A stretch of DNA of 32,000 nucleotides from Tannockella kyphosi (lineage in GTDB: Bacteria > Bacillota_I > Bacilli_A > Erysipelotrichales > Coprobacillaceae): the NCBI RefSeq assembly GCF_021054785.1, contig NZ_CP088239.1, forward strand, positions 1,350,001 through 1,382,000, read 5' to 3'. Of the stretch, positions 28,716-32,000 are shown piece by piece. The notes beneath the pieces are model-generated. The model saw nothing but the letters and a program-made list of their open reading frames with translations. It did no database searches and was not told where the DNA came from. The position numbers and the translations under genes were made by a program. Every line of letters begins with the position of its first letter. Positions within the stretch are counted from its first letter, which is position 1.

Positions 28716-30854
28716 TTAAATCATACTTAATCCTACACGAGATTTATGTAAATCAACTTCAATAACAGATACTTCTACAATATCTCCAATATTTACTTTT
28801 TCTAGTGGGTGTTTAATTCTTTGGTTTGATATTTTAGAAATATGTACTAATCCATCATTCTTTAAACCTATATCAACAAAGACACCAAAATCAACTACAT
28901 TACGTACTACTCCTTCTAATTTTAAACCAATTGATAAATCATCAATTTTTAAAATATCTTTTTTTAATAGTGGTGTCGCATAGTTATCTCTAGGACTACG
29001 ATTTGGTTTAATAAAACAATCGAATATATCATCTAGTGTATAAGCGTCTATCGCTAATTGTTGCATTGTTTGTTCTTTATCTAATTGATTGATTTTTTCT
29101 TGAATATCATTTGTTCCTAATTCTTCATAATTACTTTTTAGTAATGTTAATAATGTTTGTGCTTGTTTGTAGTTATCAGGATGAATAGCAGTTGCATCAA
29201 AAGGGTTAACTGGCTCACTAATACGTAAGAAACCAATTGCTTGTTGATAAGTCTTAGCACCCATTTTCTTCACTTTTTTGATTTCTTTACGATCTTCAAA
29301 ACGCCCAAATTCATTACGATAATCAATAATGTTTTTAGCAACACTGGCATTTAAACCTGCAACATATTGTAATAAAGAAGAAGACGCACGATTAATATCT
29401 ACCCCTACTTGATTTACTGTAGTTTCTACTACAAAATCTAATTGTTCTGATAATAGTTTTGGTGCAATATCATGTTGATATTGCCCAACACTAATAGCTT
29501 TTGGTTCTATTTTGACTAGTTCTGCTAAAGGATCTTGAAGTCTTCTAGCAATAGATACTGCTGATCTTTCTTCTACTTGATAATCTGGGAATTCTTCTAG
29601 AGCAATTTTACTTGCTGAATATACAGAAGCACCTGCTTCTGAAATAATTGCATAATCAATATCTAAATGATGTTCTTTAATTAGATTTGCTATGAAAGCT
29701 TCGCTTTCACGACTAGCTGTACCATTACCTATTGCAATAATTTCTACATTATATTTTTTTATTAATGACAATAATACTTTTGTTTCTTTATCATAGTTAT
29801 TTTTAGGAATTGTAATAAATACTTTATCAATTTCTAGTACTTTCCCAGTTTCATCTACGACTGCTAACTTACATCCTGTACGATAAGCTGGATCTAGTCC
29901 TAATACTACTTTATCTTTTAATGGTGCTTGTAGTAATAATTTTTCTAAATTAACAGAGAATACATTTAATGCTTGAACATGTGCACGTTGTGTTAATTCA
30001 TTTCTTACTGCTCTTTCAATTGATGGGAATAATAAACGGTGATATCCATCTTCTACTGCTTTTTTTAGTTTATCTAAAACAGCTGTTTCTCTTTTTTTAG
30101 TAACACCTCTTAATATATAATCAATAAAATAATTAGTATCTACTTCAATAGAAACTCCAATTACCTTTTCATTTTCTGCACGATTTACTGCTAAAATACG
30201 ATGAGTTGCGATATGACTAATCTTTTCAGAATACGCATAATACATTTCATATACTTTCTTTTCATCTGTATGTTTCTTTTTTTCTTTTGTTACTAAAACA
30301 CCTGTTTTAAAAATCATATCTTGTACAAATTTACGATATTTTATATCATCACTAACTATTTCAGCAATGATATCCATTGCTCCAAGATAGGCTTCTTCGA
30401 TTGATAATACTTGTTCATTAATAAATGTTTTAGCATAAGCATCTATAGAGTCTTTTGGTAATGATAACATTTTAAGAGCTAAGGGTTCTAATCCTTTGGC
30501 TTTTGCATCTGTTGCTTTGGTTTTTCTTTTTTCTTTAAAAGGACGATAGATATCTTCTACTTCTGTTAATTTAGTAGATTCTTGAATGTTTTTCTTTAGT
30601 TCTACTGTTAACATTCCTTTTTCTTCTAATAAACGAATAACGTCTTCTTTTCTTTTTGTTAAATTAACTAGATATTGATATTCTTTATCAATATCTCTAA
30701 TTTGTGTTTCATCTAGACCTCCTGTTGCTTCCTTACGATAGCGGGCAATAAAAGGAACAGTATTTCCTTCTTCTAATAAAGATAATACTGTTTCTACTTG
30801 TTTGTTTGTTATTTGTAACGCACTACTAACTGCATTTATATTTATATCACTCAT
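28716..30854 (-). CDS. tex: Tex (YhgF) transcription-accessory protein with C-terminal S1 domain
   Basis: 712 aa with N-terminus ...VPFIARYRKEATGGLDE, a YqgF/RuvC-like centre, HhH region and terminal S1 domain (GVVRNVVDFGVFVDIG...GDIVEV). RBS AAGGAG. Confidence 0.9.
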   Translation of the reverse strand: MSDININAVSSALQITNKQVETVLSLLEEGNTVPFIARYRKEATGGLDETQIRDIDKEYQYLVNLTKRKEDVIRLLEEKGMLTVELKKNIQESTKLTEVEDIYRPFKEKRKTKATDAKAKGLEPLALKMLSLPKDSIDAYAKTFINEQVLSIEEAYLGAMDIIAEIVSDDIKYRKFVQDMIFKTGVLVTKEKKKHTDEKKVYEMYYAYSEKISHIATHRILAVNRAENEKVIGVSIEVDTNYFIDYILRGVTKKRETAVLDKLKKAVEDGYHRLLFPSIERAVRNELTQRAHVQALNVFSVNLEKLLLQAPLKDKVVLGLDPAYRTGCKLAVVDETGKVLEIDKVFITIPKNNYDKETKVLLSLIKKYNVEIIAIGNGTASRESEAFIANLIKEHHLDIDYAIISEAGASVYSASKIALEEFPDYQVEERSAVSIARRLQDPLAELVKIEPKAISVGQYQHDIAPKLLSEQLDFVVETTVNQVGVDINRASSSLLQYVAGLNASVAKNIIDYRNEFGRFEDRKEIKKVKKMGAKTYQQAIGFLRISEPVNPFDATAIHPDNYKQAQTLLTLLKSNYEELGTNDIQEKINQLDKEQTMQQLAIDAYTLDDIFDCFIKPNRSPRDNYATPLLKKDILKIDDLSIGLKLEGVVRNVVDFGVFVDIGLKNDGLVHISKISNQRIKHPLEKVNIGDIVEVSVIEVDLHKSRVGLSMI

Positions 30855-30883
30855 AATATCTCCTTCTATAAAATCTGTTTATA

Positions 30884-30913
30884 ATTATATCATCATTTCA
30901 TAAAATTTGTTAA
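30884..30913 (-). promoter_or_regulatory. SigmaA-type promoter of tex
   Basis: On the minus strand, TTAACA-18 nt-TATAAT. Its -35 overlaps, on the opposite strand, the -35 region of the candidate pepV promoter, whose extended -10 TGCTATAAT lies at about 30930..30938. Confidence 0.5.
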
Positions 30914-30993
30914 ACATTCCTAAAAAAAGTGCTATAATCACTACATATGATACTTTGAAAGGGGAAAGAATCAAATAGATTCTAAGTGAAAAT

Positions 30994-32000
30994 ATGATAG
31001 ATTTTAAAAAAGAGATTGATGCTAGAAAAGATGATTTATTAAGAGACATTGCAACATTAATTGAAATTCCTTCTATGCAAGATGATGATACTGTTGGTGA
31101 AAACCAACCTTATGGGAAACCTTGTCGCGATGCACTTGACGCTATGTTAGCAATGGGGAAACGTGATGGTTTTGTATGTGATGAAGTAGATGGCCATGCT
31201 GGTCATATTGATATTGGTGAAGGGGAAGAATGTTTTGGTATTTTAGGACATTTAGATGTTGTTCCTGTGAATCCTGAAGGATGGAATAGTGATCCTTTTA
31301 AAATGACTATGATAGATGGGAAAATTTATGGGCGTGGTGTTGCTGATGATAAAGGACCTCTTCTTGCAGGATATTATGCTGCAAAAATTATTCATGATTT
31401 AGGTTTACCAACAAAAATGAAAACTCGTATTATTTTTGGATGTAATGAAGAATTAGGAAGTAATTGCCTAAGACATTATTTCCAACATCGACCTTATCCT
31501 GTTGCAGGATTTACACCAGATGCTGCTTTCCCAGTTATTTATGGTGAAAAAGCAGGAGCTCATGCGGCAATAAGTGGTACTGTTGCTTCAAAAGGATTAA
31601 TTAGTATTTGTGCTGGTGAAAGATTTAATGTTGTTCCTGAGGTTTGTCATGCTACTCTTGAAGGTGCAGTTGAACTATATAGTGCCTCATTTGAAGCATT
31701 TAAAGCAGAACATCATGTAGGAGGTTCGTTAGAACAAGTTGGTGAAAATACATTAGTAACTATTATTGGGAAATCTGCTCATGCTAGTAAGCCTGAATTA
31801 GGTATTAATTCTATTGTAGTATTATGCCAATATATAACAACAGTATGCGATAACCAATTAGCAGCATTACTTGCTAATGAATTAAGTAACTACTATGGTA
31901 AAGCATTAAACATTGATCATGTTGGACAAATGGGTCCATTAACATTAAGTACTGGTGTTATTCGTTATGAAGATGAAAAAGCATTAATTCAAGTAGATAT
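30994..32000 (+). CDS. pepV: Dipeptidase PepV (M20 family), partial; continues past the window end
   Basis: The frame is open to position 32000, so the ORF track has no entry. My translation is MIDFKKEIDARKDDLLRDIATLIEIPS...GHLDVVPV...GRGVADDKGP...NEELGS, which carries M20 metal ligands and aligns from residue 1 with lactococcal PepV as I recall it. Confidence 0.85.
   Translation, partial: MIDFKKEIDARKDDLLRDIATLIEIPSMQDDDTVGENQPYGKPCRDALDAMLAMGKRDGFVCDEVDGHAGHIDIGEGEECFGILGHLDVVPVNPEGWNSDPFKMTMIDGKIYGRGVADDKGPLLAGYYAAKIIHDLGLPTKMKTRIIFGCNEELGSNCLRHYFQHRPYPVAGFTPDAAFPVIYGEKAGAHAAISGTVASKGLISICAGERFNVVPEVCHATLEGAVELYSASFEAFKAEHHVGGSLEQVGENTLVTIIGKSAHASKPELGINSIVVLCQYITTVCDNQLAALLANELSNYYGKALNIDHVGQMGPLTLSTGVIRYEDEKALIQVD

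Overview
This is a low-GC (about 30%) Firmicute chromosome segment using the standard genetic code (TGA is a stop, TGG is Trp). It is densely packed, and about 27 of 31 genes lie on the minus strand. The content is core housekeeping with clear Bacillus-like synteny. Reading the minus strand from high to low coordinates: (1) tex plus a MocR-type regulator; (2) a small orphan gene, then glnK(P-II)-amt, metY and a DUF1576-like membrane protein; (3) a BMP-lipoprotein/CUT2-type ABC nucleoside-like uptake operon (NupNOPQ architecture); (4) a probable 7-gene operon yktA-ftsW/rodA-ylbD-ylbE-ylbF-rsmD-coaD; (5) pyrC-pyrK-pyrD; (6) pcrA-ligA-camS/yerH-gatC-gatA-gatB. Plus-strand genes are a Cys/Gly-rich YjcZ-like mini-protein, def, a PPi-type phosphofructokinase and pepV (partial). 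I see no rRNA, tRNA, CRISPR array, transposase, integrase, phage, restriction or other defence-type content, and no convincing novel multi-gene system, so I do not claim one. The items most worth a second look are: a 59-codon YlbE-like gene missing from the ORF track; an unusually long (594 bp), very AT-rich divergent intergenic region with repeated palindromes next to a 9-Cys tail-anchored mini-protein; a clear internal duplication in the DUF1576-like membrane protein; a near-consensus glnK-amt promoter with non-TnrA/GlnR-type inverted repeats; an orphan flavodoxin-like protein; and a MocR regulator apparently translationally coupled to tex. Several ORF-track starts look over-extended, and I re-set them using ribosome-binding sites.
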